From the IMG/VR virus record IMGVR_UViG_3300044957_000619: DNA of 64,000 bases. One strand, given 5' to 3'. Source of the stretch: a virus. Shown here one piece after another: positions 37,970 to 47,352 of this stretch. The notes under the pieces were generated by a model. The model saw nothing but the letters and a program-made list of their open reading frames with translations, was not told the DNA's origin and did not search any database. How positions within the stretch are numbered: position 1 is the first letter of the stretch; the number at the start of each line of letters is the position of its first letter. The translations under genes were made by a program, and so were the position numbers.

Positions 37970-38423
37970 AGCTGGCTGAATTTCTTTCGTGTTCATAAAC
38001 TTCTACTTTTGTTGTTCGAACCCTACCTTCGGTTTCTTCAAACAAAAAGTTATTAATTACCGTATACAAGTATTCAGCAAATCGTTCACATCCGGTAGCA
38101 GGTAAAATTCGTAGTTGAATAATACCATCTTCATACATTTGTTTGAAATGCGGTAAATATGGGTCGTCTTGTGCTATAATTGTAGTATGATCTAATAGGT
38201 ATGCAAAATAGTCTTTTGGAGACATACCGTTAATTTGTGTTTTTGCACGTTTCATGCCACCAAAGTCCCATACCCAATTTCTTTCATCTAAATCACCCTC
38301 AAACCATACACGAAATGATACAGCATACCCGTGTAAGAATTGACAATGGGTACCTTTTGCTCGCCATTGTCGAAAGCAAGTCGAATAGCCATCAAATAAT
38401 TTTGTTGAAGTGTATCGTGCCAT
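37959..38423 (-). CDS. queD: 6-carboxy-5,6,7,8-tetrahydropterin synthase
   Basis: CQFLHGY, WVWDFG, LDHT, GCE, VEVYE. Confidence 0.88.
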   Translation of the reverse strand: MARYTSTKLFDGYSTCFRQWRAKGTHCQFLHGYAVSFRVWFEGDLDERNWVWDFGGMKRAKTQINGMSPKDYFAYLLDHTTIIAQDDPYLPHFKQMYEDGIIQLRILPATGCERFAEYLYTVINNFLFEETEGRVRTTKVEVYEHERNSASYEE

Positions 38424-39124
38424 TAATTATAACCTTTTACGAATTGATAAAATTCTGATCTTGCATTCCCATCATCTAAAAATGCTCCAGACAATTTTGC
38501 AGTCTTCATCGAAGCTCCGCCATGCTTAACACCTCGACATTGAACGCAATTATGTGTTGCTTCAATCATAACCGCAACACCTTTATTATTTTCAATAAGT
38601 TCATCTATTGCATGATGTATTGCTACTGTTAATTGTTCTTGTATTGCACCTCTTCTACCAAAATGCTCTACTACTCGATTCAATTTACTTAAACCGATAA
38701 CATTGCTATTTTCACCCGGAATATATGCAACATGTACATTACCCATAATGGTTTGATGATGATGTGAGCACATTGAAGTTAATGGAATACCTCCTTCGAA
38801 TACAATGCCATCATATCCGTCACTAGGAAATGCTGTGATTCCTGACATTGGATTGTATCGACCAGCCCATAGGTCATTAACATATGCTTTTGCAACTCGC
38901 CGTGGAGTATCAGATGAATTCGGATCTTGTTCCCAAGCTACCCCTAATGCACGAAGAAATTCTCCATAATAAAATGCAGCATCATCAATAATTGCTTGTT
39001 TTTCTTTTTGAGTTAATTGAGCATCAGGGCCAAACATTGCTTGTTTAGTTGCTAATTGTGTGGAAATTCCATTAGCAAAACCAGATTTAACTAATTCTAA
39101 ATTATTTCTTTGTTCTTTTGTCAT
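38423..39124 (-). CDS. folE: GTP cyclohydrolase I
   Basis: TPRRVAK, SMCSHH, GLSKLNR, IQE, HNCVQCRGV. Confidence 0.95.
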   Translation of the reverse strand: MTKEQRNNLELVKSGFANGISTQLATKQAMFGPDAQLTQKEKQAIIDDAAFYYGEFLRALGVAWEQDPNSSDTPRRVAKAYVNDLWAGRYNPMSGITAFPSDGYDGIVFEGGIPLTSMCSHHHQTIMGNVHVAYIPGENSNVIGLSKLNRVVEHFGRRGAIQEQLTVAIHHAIDELIENNKGVAVMIEATHNCVQCRGVKHGGASMKTAKLSGAFLDDGNARSEFYQFVKGYN

Positions 39125-39142
39125 AACTTAATTCTTATTACT

Positions 39143-39171
39143 AATATAATAAACTTTATTACATTTTCAAA
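39143..39171 (-). promoter_or_regulatory. class A promoter TTTGAA-N17-TATATT upstream of folE-queD-queE
   Basis: 17 nt spacer. Confidence 0.6.
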
Positions 39172-39374
39172 GTTTTTACACCTTTTTCGTGACGAGGCTC
39201 ATAAGGACAATGTCGACAACCATTACCACAACATGCCCCTCGGCGTACGTGATATGATTCAGTCATTACGCGACATCCATCGGAATCATAATAAAAGTCC
39301 GTTGGAAGGAGCTTGCTTCCAAACTCCCTCACGAACTGTTGTTGTATCCAATCTTTTCCTGCCGGCTGTATCAT
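39159..39374 (-). CDS. DUF5522-like Cys-rich protein
   Basis: RGACCGNGCRHCPY. Confidence 0.7.
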   Translation of the reverse strand: MIQPAGKDWIQQQFVREFGSKLLPTDFYYDSDGCRVMTESYHVRRGACCGNGCRHCPYEPRHEKGVKTLKM

Positions 39375-41230
39375 TATTTTATCTCACAAGCTCCGCCTGC
39401 ACAAGCTAATTCTCCGGATAAATCTGTGTTATCGTCCAATTCAACAACTTGTGTCAAGTCAATATTTGTTAATGATTGCAACATAACTTCGTATTGATCT
39501 TTACTAATATCTTCAAATGGTGCTTGAGTATATGTTCCTCCATCATATGGTAATACTGATAATCCGTTATAATGATCTCTATTCGTCCACATCCATTCTC
39601 CTGCTAATTCCCATTCATCTGCTTTAAGTGAAACTGTTGCAGATACATTATGTGTATTATTTCCGGATCTATGTCCTGGTTTTACCCATTCCAAATGTAC
39701 TCGTTTAATTCGATCCAATAATGCAAATGGCGATTCGGTACGAAGAATTGCTCCTTCTGGTGCTTTTTGTGGAATTGAAATAACTGCAGTATCGTGTGGA
39801 CGAAAATATTCATCTTCTACCAATTCTGGATGATTAGTTGCTAAATATGCATAGATGGCTTCATTTTTACCAACTCGGATTCTTCTCATATAGTAATCAT
39901 TATGCCAAGCATGAATGCCAGATGATGTTCCCAATGCTAAAGACGTTGTTCCTGCGGGTTTAACTGTTGTAGTACGAGCTGATTTGTTAATACCAATCAT
40001 TTCTGCTACTCGTTGATTTTCTTCTTTAACTGCCTTAGCAGCTGCTTTCATATCATATCCTAATACGACGCCAGAACCGATACCCGTCATTGATACTCCA
40101 ATAAGTGCATCTTTCTCAGTTGTGCGTTTCCATACTGTACGAAGATAATGAAAATCTGTATATCCTGCTTGAAGTGTTCCAATGAATGCTGCAGCACGTA
40201 CTCGTGCCATTAAAACTTCTTGTGATTCAATATCCGATGCATTTACTTCACATAGATTACAAAATTGAAATGGTCGAAGTGCAATTTCACAACATGGGTT
40301 AGTTCCCCAATCTTTGTCATTGCTCAAATAAATTCCAGGCTCTCCTGCATTTGATAATTCAACTCGTTTCCACAAATCCATGAAAAACTCTTTAGTAACT
40401 TTGTGACGAATTAATACTGCAGAATTATTTGCTCGGCCTCGTTGTGGATTCGTTTCCCACCAGTTACCTGATTTAGATGCAATCATTTCTTCATCATCTG
40501 CCGAAAACAAAGATATCAAAGCTGCTCTGCGAATTCCACCTGCTAATACTGCATCTGCAACGTGACATACCATATCATGAGTTTCAATTGGAGAAAGTTT
40601 ATCGCCATCTTCTTTGGCATCTAAAATACCTTGCAATTTGATCAAACATTCCTTTAATGGTTGAGGTCCTGGAGCTTTTCCTCCTGATGTAACCAATCTT
40701 GCACCTTTAGCTCTAATATCAGAAAAATCAAATGTATATGATGTTCCGCCTTCAAAATAAGATTTAACTAAAACTTTTACCGCATCTGCCCACCCTTCAA
40801 TTGAATCTGCAATTAGATATCTACGCGTACGTTTTGTGTTTGGTTTACGTATTTCTGGCAACGCTTCGACGTGATGTTTCTGTACAGAATATCCAACACC
40901 AGTACCGCCTAGCAATAAAAACATTGTTTCGCCAAATGCTCTCCAATCATCTATAGGAAGATATGCACAATTATAAATTCGGTTAGGAGAGATTTCAATT
41001 GGCTTACCACCAAATTGCAAACTACGCATTGATGGTAATATTTTTTTGTCATAAACGAATTGATATGCAGCTTCAATTTCTTCCCGTAATTTAGGATATT
41101 TTTTGATGTGCATATTCATGTTTCTTGTAACTAACTCTTCCCATGTTTCTCTGCGGTTAAGTTCGGGAAGATATTTCGCATATTTCATATGCACCGTAAT
41201 TTCACTTAAAATTTGATTTGAAATTTCCAT
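39374..41230 (-). CDS. nrdJ: class II (adenosylcobalamin-dependent) ribonucleotide reductase
   Basis: PSMR, YNCAY, GTNPCCEI, CNL, VKPAGT, C-terminal ACAGGACE. Confidence 0.9.
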   Translation of the reverse strand: MEISNQILSEITVHMKYAKYLPELNRRETWEELVTRNMNMHIKKYPKLREEIEAAYQFVYDKKILPSMRSLQFGGKPIEISPNRIYNCAYLPIDDWRAFGETMFLLLGGTGVGYSVQKHHVEALPEIRKPNTKRTRRYLIADSIEGWADAVKVLVKSYFEGGTSYTFDFSDIRAKGARLVTSGGKAPGPQPLKECLIKLQGILDAKEDGDKLSPIETHDMVCHVADAVLAGGIRRAALISLFSADDEEMIASKSGNWWETNPQRGRANNSAVLIRHKVTKEFFMDLWKRVELSNAGEPGIYLSNDKDWGTNPCCEIALRPFQFCNLCEVNASDIESQEVLMARVRAAAFIGTLQAGYTDFHYLRTVWKRTTEKDALIGVSMTGIGSGVVLGYDMKAAAKAVKEENQRVAEMIGINKSARTTTVKPAGTTSLALGTSSGIHAWHNDYYMRRIRVGKNEAIYAYLATNHPELVEDEYFRPHDTAVISIPQKAPEGAILRTESPFALLDRIKRVHLEWVKPGHRSGNNTHNVSATVSLKADEWELAGEWMWTNRDHYNGLSVLPYDGGTYTQAPFEDISKDQYEVMLQSLTNIDLTQVVELDDNTDLSGELACAGGACEIK

Positions 41231-41276
41231 TGTTGTAATCTCTTTAGATGATTTATTGATTTAAAATTTTTAGACG

Positions 41277-41301
41277 AAAAAAGGAAGGAAAACTCCTTCC
41301 T
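41277..41301 (-). terminator. intrinsic terminator-like hairpin after the helicase
   Basis: AGGAAGGA-GTTT-TCCTTCCT followed by a T run. Confidence 0.65.
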
Positions 41302-41325
41302 ACGTTCTTTCATATAAATATCATT

Positions 41326-42681
41326 TTATCCCAAAGATCCTCCAAGATCTTTAAACTTTTGTGCCAAATTTTTCTTAACTAAATTTTCACCAGTTTTCAT
41401 AATCTGCGTAGTTTGTTTGCCTTGGGTTGTTTGTGGTTCAAAGAATTGAAATTGACCATTATTTGTATTAATTTTACTTGGCAACGTGATGCCATCTGGT
41501 CCAAATCGATTCTTAATAACATGTCCTCTACCAGTTCCTGACATTTTATCTTCTACTTTTCTAGATAGTGACATTAAAAAGTCAGCAACCATTACTTTTC
41601 CATATGATGATGCAATTTTATCTGCTTCAATAACGTCTTCTTCCAATGCACTACGTCCTGCTTGCGATGCCGTCCATACTGGAATTTTATATTCGCCAGC
41701 CATTCCTCGCAGTTCTTCGTATAAATCTTCTAATGCTTCATGCTTATCTTTTTTCGTATTTACTTTAAGCAAATCACCATAATCTACAATAATTAAATTA
41801 GGTGTTTTGCCTTGCATTATTGTTTTTTCAATATGTGCTTTAAGTGCCATTACGCCTACTGACTTAGTTGGAAAATATTTGACCACCAAATCTCCCGTTA
41901 GAGACTGCATCTTTTTTTCTACTGTGTCTTGATGATGCTTCAATGTTTGTGCGTTTATACCGGTCAATACCGAGTCATATCGCTGTCCTACATAGTTCTC
42001 ATTGAGCTCTAATGTATAATGTATAACTGTCTTACCTGCTCGGACTGCATTAGCACCAATATTAATAAGCATCCACGATTTACCAATACCTGCAGGTGCC
42101 ATTACTACTCCTAACTCGCCTGGAGCTAATCCGCCATCCATTAAATCGTCAATAACATCCCAGCCCGTAGTAATGGTATGTCGAGCCGCTTCATTGTATC
42201 GAGCCGCAACATTGTTAATGTAATCCAAACCAATATCAGTATCAGCACCAGCTTTCATAGCGCTGTCCATTTTAGTTTTAATTGCATCATAATTACCCAT
42301 TTTGAGCAATGATACCGAATCCATTATGGCACGCTTGATTTCTTGATTTTTACAAAACTTAAGAATTTCGTCCTTTACAAAAGAAAGGTCATCTGATTCC
42401 ATGTATCGAAACACTTCTTTCAATTGTTCCAATACTGCAGTTTTCAAAATATCATTTTCAATCTCTGTTATTTTGACTTTAAGTACATCTTTAGACGGCG
42501 GAGCTTTATATTGTTTAAAATGATCCAATACAATTTCTAACAACCAACTATTTGCATCTGATTCAAAATAATCAGCTTGAATAATATCTGCAATTTGTTG
42601 CAAAAATATTCGGTCTGTAAATAATGCGGCTATAACTTTGACTTGAAATGAAAATCCATATTCGGTTAGACGATCCGTCAT
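41326..42681 (-). CDS. replicative DnaB-like helicase (T4 gp41-like)
   Basis: APAGIGKS Walker A, TLE, IVDY, WTASQ, KNRFG. Confidence 0.92.
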   Translation of the reverse strand: MTDRLTEYGFSFQVKVIAALFTDRIFLQQIADIIQADYFESDANSWLLEIVLDHFKQYKAPPSKDVLKVKITEIENDILKTAVLEQLKEVFRYMESDDLSFVKDEILKFCKNQEIKRAIMDSVSLLKMGNYDAIKTKMDSAMKAGADTDIGLDYINNVAARYNEAARHTITTGWDVIDDLMDGGLAPGELGVVMAPAGIGKSWMLINIGANAVRAGKTVIHYTLELNENYVGQRYDSVLTGINAQTLKHHQDTVEKKMQSLTGDLVVKYFPTKSVGVMALKAHIEKTIMQGKTPNLIIVDYGDLLKVNTKKDKHEALEDLYEELRGMAGEYKIPVWTASQAGRSALEEDVIEADKIASSYGKVMVADFLMSLSRKVEDKMSGTGRGHVIKNRFGPDGITLPSKINTNNGQFQFFEPQTTQGKQTTQIMKTGENLVKKNLAQKFKDLGGSLG

Positions 42682-43087
42682 TGTATAATCTTTTTTATTT
42701 CGTTGATAACTATTTGTTTATTATTATTTATTTCAGATTCCCAAAATCTTAGCAATATTTTACCGTTTTGAGTCATGATGTTAGTTTTTAAAATATCATT
42801 ATTGATATTTTTTATTTGCACTTCATTTATAAATGCCCTTGTTTTGTAATGATTGATTGATTTTGCCGTTGTTGTTCTAATATTAATGAGTCTCTATTTA
42901 ATAAAGCTAATTTAGACCTTGATTTTGACTCATTAGTTCTTGGTGCATAATTTCGAATCTTATTTTTACATGACCCACATACGCGTACTTTTTTATCAGA
43001 GTGATTGCGATTCCATTTAGCATTAATACCAGTATGCGTTACTTGTTGATTACATAATGAACAATTACGATAATAGTTTTGCATCAT
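42678..43087 (-). pseudogene. broken zinc-ribbon plus DUF559/Vsr-like endonuclease
   Basis: 86 aa N-part (CSLC...CGSC) stops at 42827; an out-of-frame tail NDILKTNIMTQNGKILLRFWESEI...IIQ* ends overlapping the helicase start. Confidence 0.65.
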
Positions 43088-43093
43088 ATAACC

Positions 43094-43122
43094 ATTATAT
43101 AAAAAACGTTGTTAAATTCAAA
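43094..43122 (-). promoter_or_regulatory. class A promoter TTTGAA-N17-TATAAT
   Basis: 17 nt spacer; ATG 6 nt downstream. Confidence 0.65.
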
Positions 43123-44181
43123 TTATTTTTGTGTTTGTTTTGCAAATGCATTCAACGACAACCAAGTATTGTTCAACCAATCTGGCAAATTTTTCATGAT
43201 AGCCCACATTTTATCTTCATAAAACAATCGTTGAAACTCAGCACGATTTAATTCTGGTATAGGCTGTTCCATGATACCGCGAATCTTGGTTGCAGTTTGT
43301 GCTGGTATATCAAGCAATTTGATATTCATTAACTGATAATTTTGTTCGATGATGCGACTATTATCAAGAATCTTTTGATATGATTTAGATTCTTTGAGTA
43401 GCTTTGTGCTTTTGTCAAACAATTGTTGAGTTGTATATGGTGTAGCACCAGCTAATTCTGGAATCAATTTCAATATGGTCTTTGGTCCTATTCCATTAAC
43501 ACCTGGAATATTGTCTGAAGCGTCACCTGTAAATGATCTGTAAATAACCATGTTAGTAGGATGCACTCCAAATTCTTCTTGCACCGTGTTCGTATCATAC
43601 ATTTTCTTTTTAATAGGCGACCATACTTGAATACGATCATCTATCAATTGATAAAAGTCTCTGTCCGTAGATACAATGGTAATTTTTTTGCATTCCGTTT
43701 CATACAATTGTGCAATGTATGCAATAGTATCATCTGCCTCAATTCCATCCATTGATATAAATGTAACTGGCAAATTATCTAAATATGAAATCAAACGACT
43801 AAATTGATGTTGCATCGATTCTTGTTCTTGTTCCAAAGTTGATTCATGGTGATCGTGACGTCGCAATTTGGTTTTATTTGCACGATTTGCTTTGTAATCA
43901 CTATAAATACGTTTTCTTCGTGCAGAACCCCCGCGACCATCAAAAACAATGATGCAACGAGTCGGTTTAAAATCTCGTATTGTTTTACCTACTGAATATA
44001 AAAATCCAGTAATGCCACCAATATGATCGCCATCTTCATTGCATGCGGGAGTTGCGCCGAAGCTTCTAATAAAAGTGTTCAGCCCGTCAAACACCATGAA
44101 ATGATCATTGACATTCAACGGACTAGAACTCTTTTCTTGTTGTAACTCTTTGAATAACTGTTGATACTTATTCTTCATCAT
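43123..44181 (-). CDS. 5'-3' exonuclease / flap endonuclease (PolI N-terminal / T4 RNase H-like)
   Basis: DGLN, FDG.GG, YKANR, EADD, STDRD, GDASDNIPGVNGIGPKT. Confidence 0.92.
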   Translation of the reverse strand: MMKNKYQQLFKELQQEKSSSPLNVNDHFMVFDGLNTFIRSFGATPACNEDGDHIGGITGFLYSVGKTIRDFKPTRCIIVFDGRGGSARRKRIYSDYKANRANKTKLRRHDHHESTLEQEQESMQHQFSRLISYLDNLPVTFISMDGIEADDTIAYIAQLYETECKKITIVSTDRDFYQLIDDRIQVWSPIKKKMYDTNTVQEEFGVHPTNMVIYRSFTGDASDNIPGVNGIGPKTILKLIPELAGATPYTTQQLFDKSTKLLKESKSYQKILDNSRIIEQNYQLMNIKLLDIPAQTATKIRGIMEQPIPELNRAEFQRLFYEDKMWAIMKNLPDWLNNTWLSLNAFAKQTQK

Positions 44182-45328
44182 AAACTTCATCTACGACAAT
44201 TACGTCATCAATACCACCATCAACACCAGCTTGATATTTGAAGATATAAGCATCGCATATTCTTTGATATAATCTTTCTTTTGCTTCCGGATTATTAATA
44301 ACCTTTTCCACAAAATCTTTGCTTTGAAATTTGAATTCGCCAAAGGATTCTCCAGTGTCGATATCTACGTCATCCATAGTATACCAAGCACCTGATTGTT
44401 TAACGATATCAAAATTCTTCATGATGTTCAACCAACCACCATAATTGTCAATTCCAGAATCATAGTAAATTTCGTAATTGACTTTGCGGTGCGGCGGACC
44501 CATCCTGTTTTTAACTACCTGTACTTCTGTTTTGCTACCCACAACTTGTTCTACACCACTTACTTTGGCTTTAATCATTCCGGTATTTTTTAAACGCAAT
44601 CTAACCGAAGCATGAAATGGAATTGCTTTACCACCTGCAGTTGTCCATTGGTCACCAAATGATACGCCCATTTTGGTACGTAATTGATTGGTAAATATGA
44701 GACAAATACGTTCTCTTGCAATCCAATTAGTAACTTTTCGCATTGCTTTGGATAAAATGATGGATTTGCTAGTTGCATAACCATCCTTATCATATTCAGC
44801 AGACATTTCAATTTTTGTAGATGCACCCATAATTGAATCCACTACAATTGTAACTAATCGGTCTTTATCTGATTTACGTACTCCTTCAACAATGGTTTCA
44901 ATTGTTTCAAAAATTTCTTCAATTGTTTCCAAAGGAACATAAAGCATTGTTTTTAAATCAACCCCAATTGCTGCTAGAAACTCAGAACTTACTGCGGCTT
45001 CTGTATCAATATATACTGCCAATCCACCTTTCTTTTGTGTTTCTGCTAATGTGTGTGCAGCTAACAACGATTTACCAGATGCTTCCAATCCGGTAATTTC
45101 AGTGATGCGCCCAACGGGGAAACCCCCATGGGCGCGATTTGAAATTGCTAAATCGAGCATCGAGCAACCAGATGATACCCATTCTGTTACATTGCTTGGA
45201 GCATCTTCATCGCCATCTAAAAAGAATGCAGTTTTGAGTGATTGACCTTTAAATTGCTTGTTGATACTTTCTGCCAATGTTGATGCTAGAGTATCTTCTA
45301 TTTCCAGTTTGCTTTTACTCTTTGCCAT
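44168..45328 (-). CDS. recA: RecA/UvsX recombinase
   Basis: GLEASGKS, IDTE, VVDS, NQLR, GGKA, KNR. Confidence 0.92.
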   Translation of the reverse strand: MAKSKSKLEIEDTLASTLAESINKQFKGQSLKTAFFLDGDEDAPSNVTEWVSSGCSMLDLAISNRAHGGFPVGRITEITGLEASGKSLLAAHTLAETQKKGGLAVYIDTEAAVSSEFLAAIGVDLKTMLYVPLETIEEIFETIETIVEGVRKSDKDRLVTIVVDSIMGASTKIEMSAEYDKDGYATSKSIILSKAMRKVTNWIARERICLIFTNQLRTKMGVSFGDQWTTAGGKAIPFHASVRLRLKNTGMIKAKVSGVEQVVGSKTEVQVVKNRMGPPHRKVNYEIYYDSGIDNYGGWLNIMKNFDIVKQSGAWYTMDDVDIDTGESFGEFKFQSKDFVEKVINNPEAKERLYQRICDAYIFKYQAGVDGGIDDVIVVDEVYDEE

Positions 45329-45343
45329 TACATAACCTCACTG

Positions 45344-46114
45344 TTAGTTGTTGAATAAATCATCGAATGCAGAAGCAACATCATCAACTTTTTTAGTTGC
45401 AGCTGGTTTAGCAGCCTTTGTTGCTGGAGCTTCTTCTTCCTCATCGTCAGCATCAACATCTGAATCTGCATTTTCTGGATTCATCCATTCTGCTAATGCG
45501 TTTTCTAATTCTTCGTACGTTGGTTCCGGAAATAAATCAGTAATTTCAGGTTGATTCATGATTTTTTGTGCAATCTCCTTGTTATCAGTTGCAGGTTGAG
45601 TATTAGGCTTAACACGAATTGCAGTCTTTGGATAAGCTCCGCCTTCTGCTGGTGTAAATTCTACATCAATATCACGACCCTTCATCAAATCCGTAATGTC
45701 ACCATAATCTGGATCTGAAATGATTGAAAGCAATTCTGTATAGATTGTTTTACCGAATCCCCAAAACTTAACGCCTTCGGATTCTTTACCGCGAATAAGT
45801 ACAGGAACATAGGTACGCATTTTAGGTTCAATCTTACGACCCATTAGCCAATCTTCTTTATCTCCGGTCTTTTTTAGTTTGTCTGCAAATTCTACGATTG
45901 GATCTGCATTACCAAATGTTATTGGAGATAACATGGATTTCTTTCCAATGTCATAATGAAAATACAATTCTAAAAACGGATTGTCTTTGCGATGAACGTA
46001 AGGTACAATGCGCACCCTCGTTTTTCCTGCTTCGGGTTTCCAAATTAGCTGCTTTTTGTCATCAGCTTTGTTTAATTGATTAAGTTTTGCCTTAATGGCG
46101 TCTAAATTTAACAT
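45344..46114 (-). CDS. single-stranded DNA-binding protein (T4 gp32-like)
   Basis: WKP..G...VRIVP, DP.YGDITD...G.D, acidic tail ending FDDLFNN. Confidence 0.85.
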   Translation of the reverse strand: MLNLDAIKAKLNQLNKADDKKQLIWKPEAGKTRVRIVPYVHRKDNPFLELYFHYDIGKKSMLSPITFGNADPIVEFADKLKKTGDKEDWLMGRKIEPKMRTYVPVLIRGKESEGVKFWGFGKTIYTELLSIISDPDYGDITDLMKGRDIDVEFTPAEGGAYPKTAIRVKPNTQPATDNKEIAQKIMNQPEITDLFPEPTYEELENALAEWMNPENADSDVDADDEEEEAPATKAAKPAATKKVDDVASAFDDLFNN

Positions 46115-46146
46115 AAATTTCCTTTTTTTTTTTGTTAATTAATAAT

Positions 46147-46175
46147 AATATAATTGATTTACTAGTTAAATCCAA
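46147..46175 (-). promoter_or_regulatory. class A promoter TTGGAT-N17-TATATT upstream of ssb
   Basis: 17 nt spacer. Confidence 0.65.
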
Positions 46176-46177
46176 GT

Positions 46178-46867
46178 TTATAATTTATTTTTTGATTTTA
46201 TTGTGTTTTTAAATGATTCAATGCGTTTTCGTTTATGTTCTTCAGATTGTGGTCCAGTTTTGCGTCCAGTTAGTGTATTGCTAATTTTTTGTTTTATTTC
46301 ATCAGTTTTAGGTTTACCATAATTATGATTTTTTTGACCTTTGTGTGCATCACTCATTTTATTCTTTGTCTCCAACGGTAGTTGTTTACCTATCTGAGAA
46401 GCGCTTTTTTGTTTGCGGCGGTCTATAGACCAGGCTGAATTTAATTTTTGCTTAGTTTCGTTAGAATGTTGTTTACCCTTATTCCAAGCTGTCCGTCCTT
46501 TACTAGATTGACTAATTTTAAATTTAGTTTCATTTGAATGAGTAAATGATTTTCTTGATTCGCTAATTAATAGTTTAATACGCTCGTATTCTTGACTACT
46601 AACAGTATAATTGCGTTGCTGATTGTTACTCTGTGCCTTGTTAGACATCAGCCAATATGCATACAATAATTTGGAATTGTTTGGATAAATTTCACAAAGA
46701 AGTTTATGTGCTATGAAATGTTCCCGAGCTGTTAAATCAACTAAGTTTGATGCATCATCACTTCCGCCTACACAACGAGGAATAATATGATGCCTTTCTT
46801 TGTAACCTGTTAAGACTCTTGTTTTAGCTCGGTCGATTAGTTGATTGTAAATTTGTTCATAATTCAT
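46178..46867 (-). CDS. free-standing HNH homing endonuclease with NUMOD3 repeats
   Basis: MNYEQIYNQL, HHIIPRCVGG, LTAREHFIAH, HSNETK repeats. Confidence 0.85.
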   Translation of the reverse strand: MNYEQIYNQLIDRAKTRVLTGYKERHHIIPRCVGGSDDASNLVDLTAREHFIAHKLLCEIYPNNSKLLYAYWLMSNKAQSNNQQRNYTVSSQEYERIKLLISESRKSFTHSNETKFKISQSSKGRTAWNKGKQHSNETKQKLNSAWSIDRRKQKSASQIGKQLPLETKNKMSDAHKGQKNHNYGKPKTDEIKQKISNTLTGRKTGPQSEEHKRKRIESFKNTIKSKNKL

Positions 46868-46959
46868 TTAATTAGTTTCCTTAGTTAATTAATTATAATT
46901 TAATTAGTTATGTCGTTAATTCAAAGTTAATTGGTAAATTTCTTTTACATATATAAATA

Positions 46960-47346
46960 TCAGTTCCAAACGATTTTCTTGAAGAAAATCAAGTCAATTA
47001 CGCAGTATCCTGCATCATCTGTAAGGATAAAAGAATTTTGATATTTGGTCCAATCTAATCGATATGATTTGTCCAATACGCCGTTATTTACTACTCGAAT
47101 AACTTTATTAAGTGCATTAACGGTATACAAGGTATTGGTTTCTTTTTTGCGGTGAATGCTAATTGTATTCTGACCCCGTTGTGTTACTGCGACGGCATTG
47201 TATGTGCAATATAAATTATCGGTAGCTTCTGCATTGGCAAATACAAAGATTCGACGTTCTGGTATAGTATAGCTTTGTTGTATGTAATCTGATATTATGT
47301 TTAAATCTGACTTATGTGCAAATGTGCAAAGTAATTGTGTTTTCAT
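46960..47346 (-). CDS. conserved hypothetical phage protein
   Basis: QLLCTF...TYN...NTISIHRKKETNTLYTVNALN. Confidence 0.65.
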   Translation of the reverse strand: MKTQLLCTFAHKSDLNIISDYIQQSYTIPERRIFVFANAEATDNLYCTYNAVAVTQRGQNTISIHRKKETNTLYTVNALNKVIRVVNNGVLDKSYRLDWTKYQNSFILTDDAGYCVIDLIFFKKIVWN

Positions 47347-47352
47347 TCTTCA

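Noticed and set aside
32825-45328. Introns or inteins in polB, nrdJ, helicase and recA
   Set aside because: The ORFs are continuous and of normal length with no intein or splice-like interruption; the endonucleases are intergenic.
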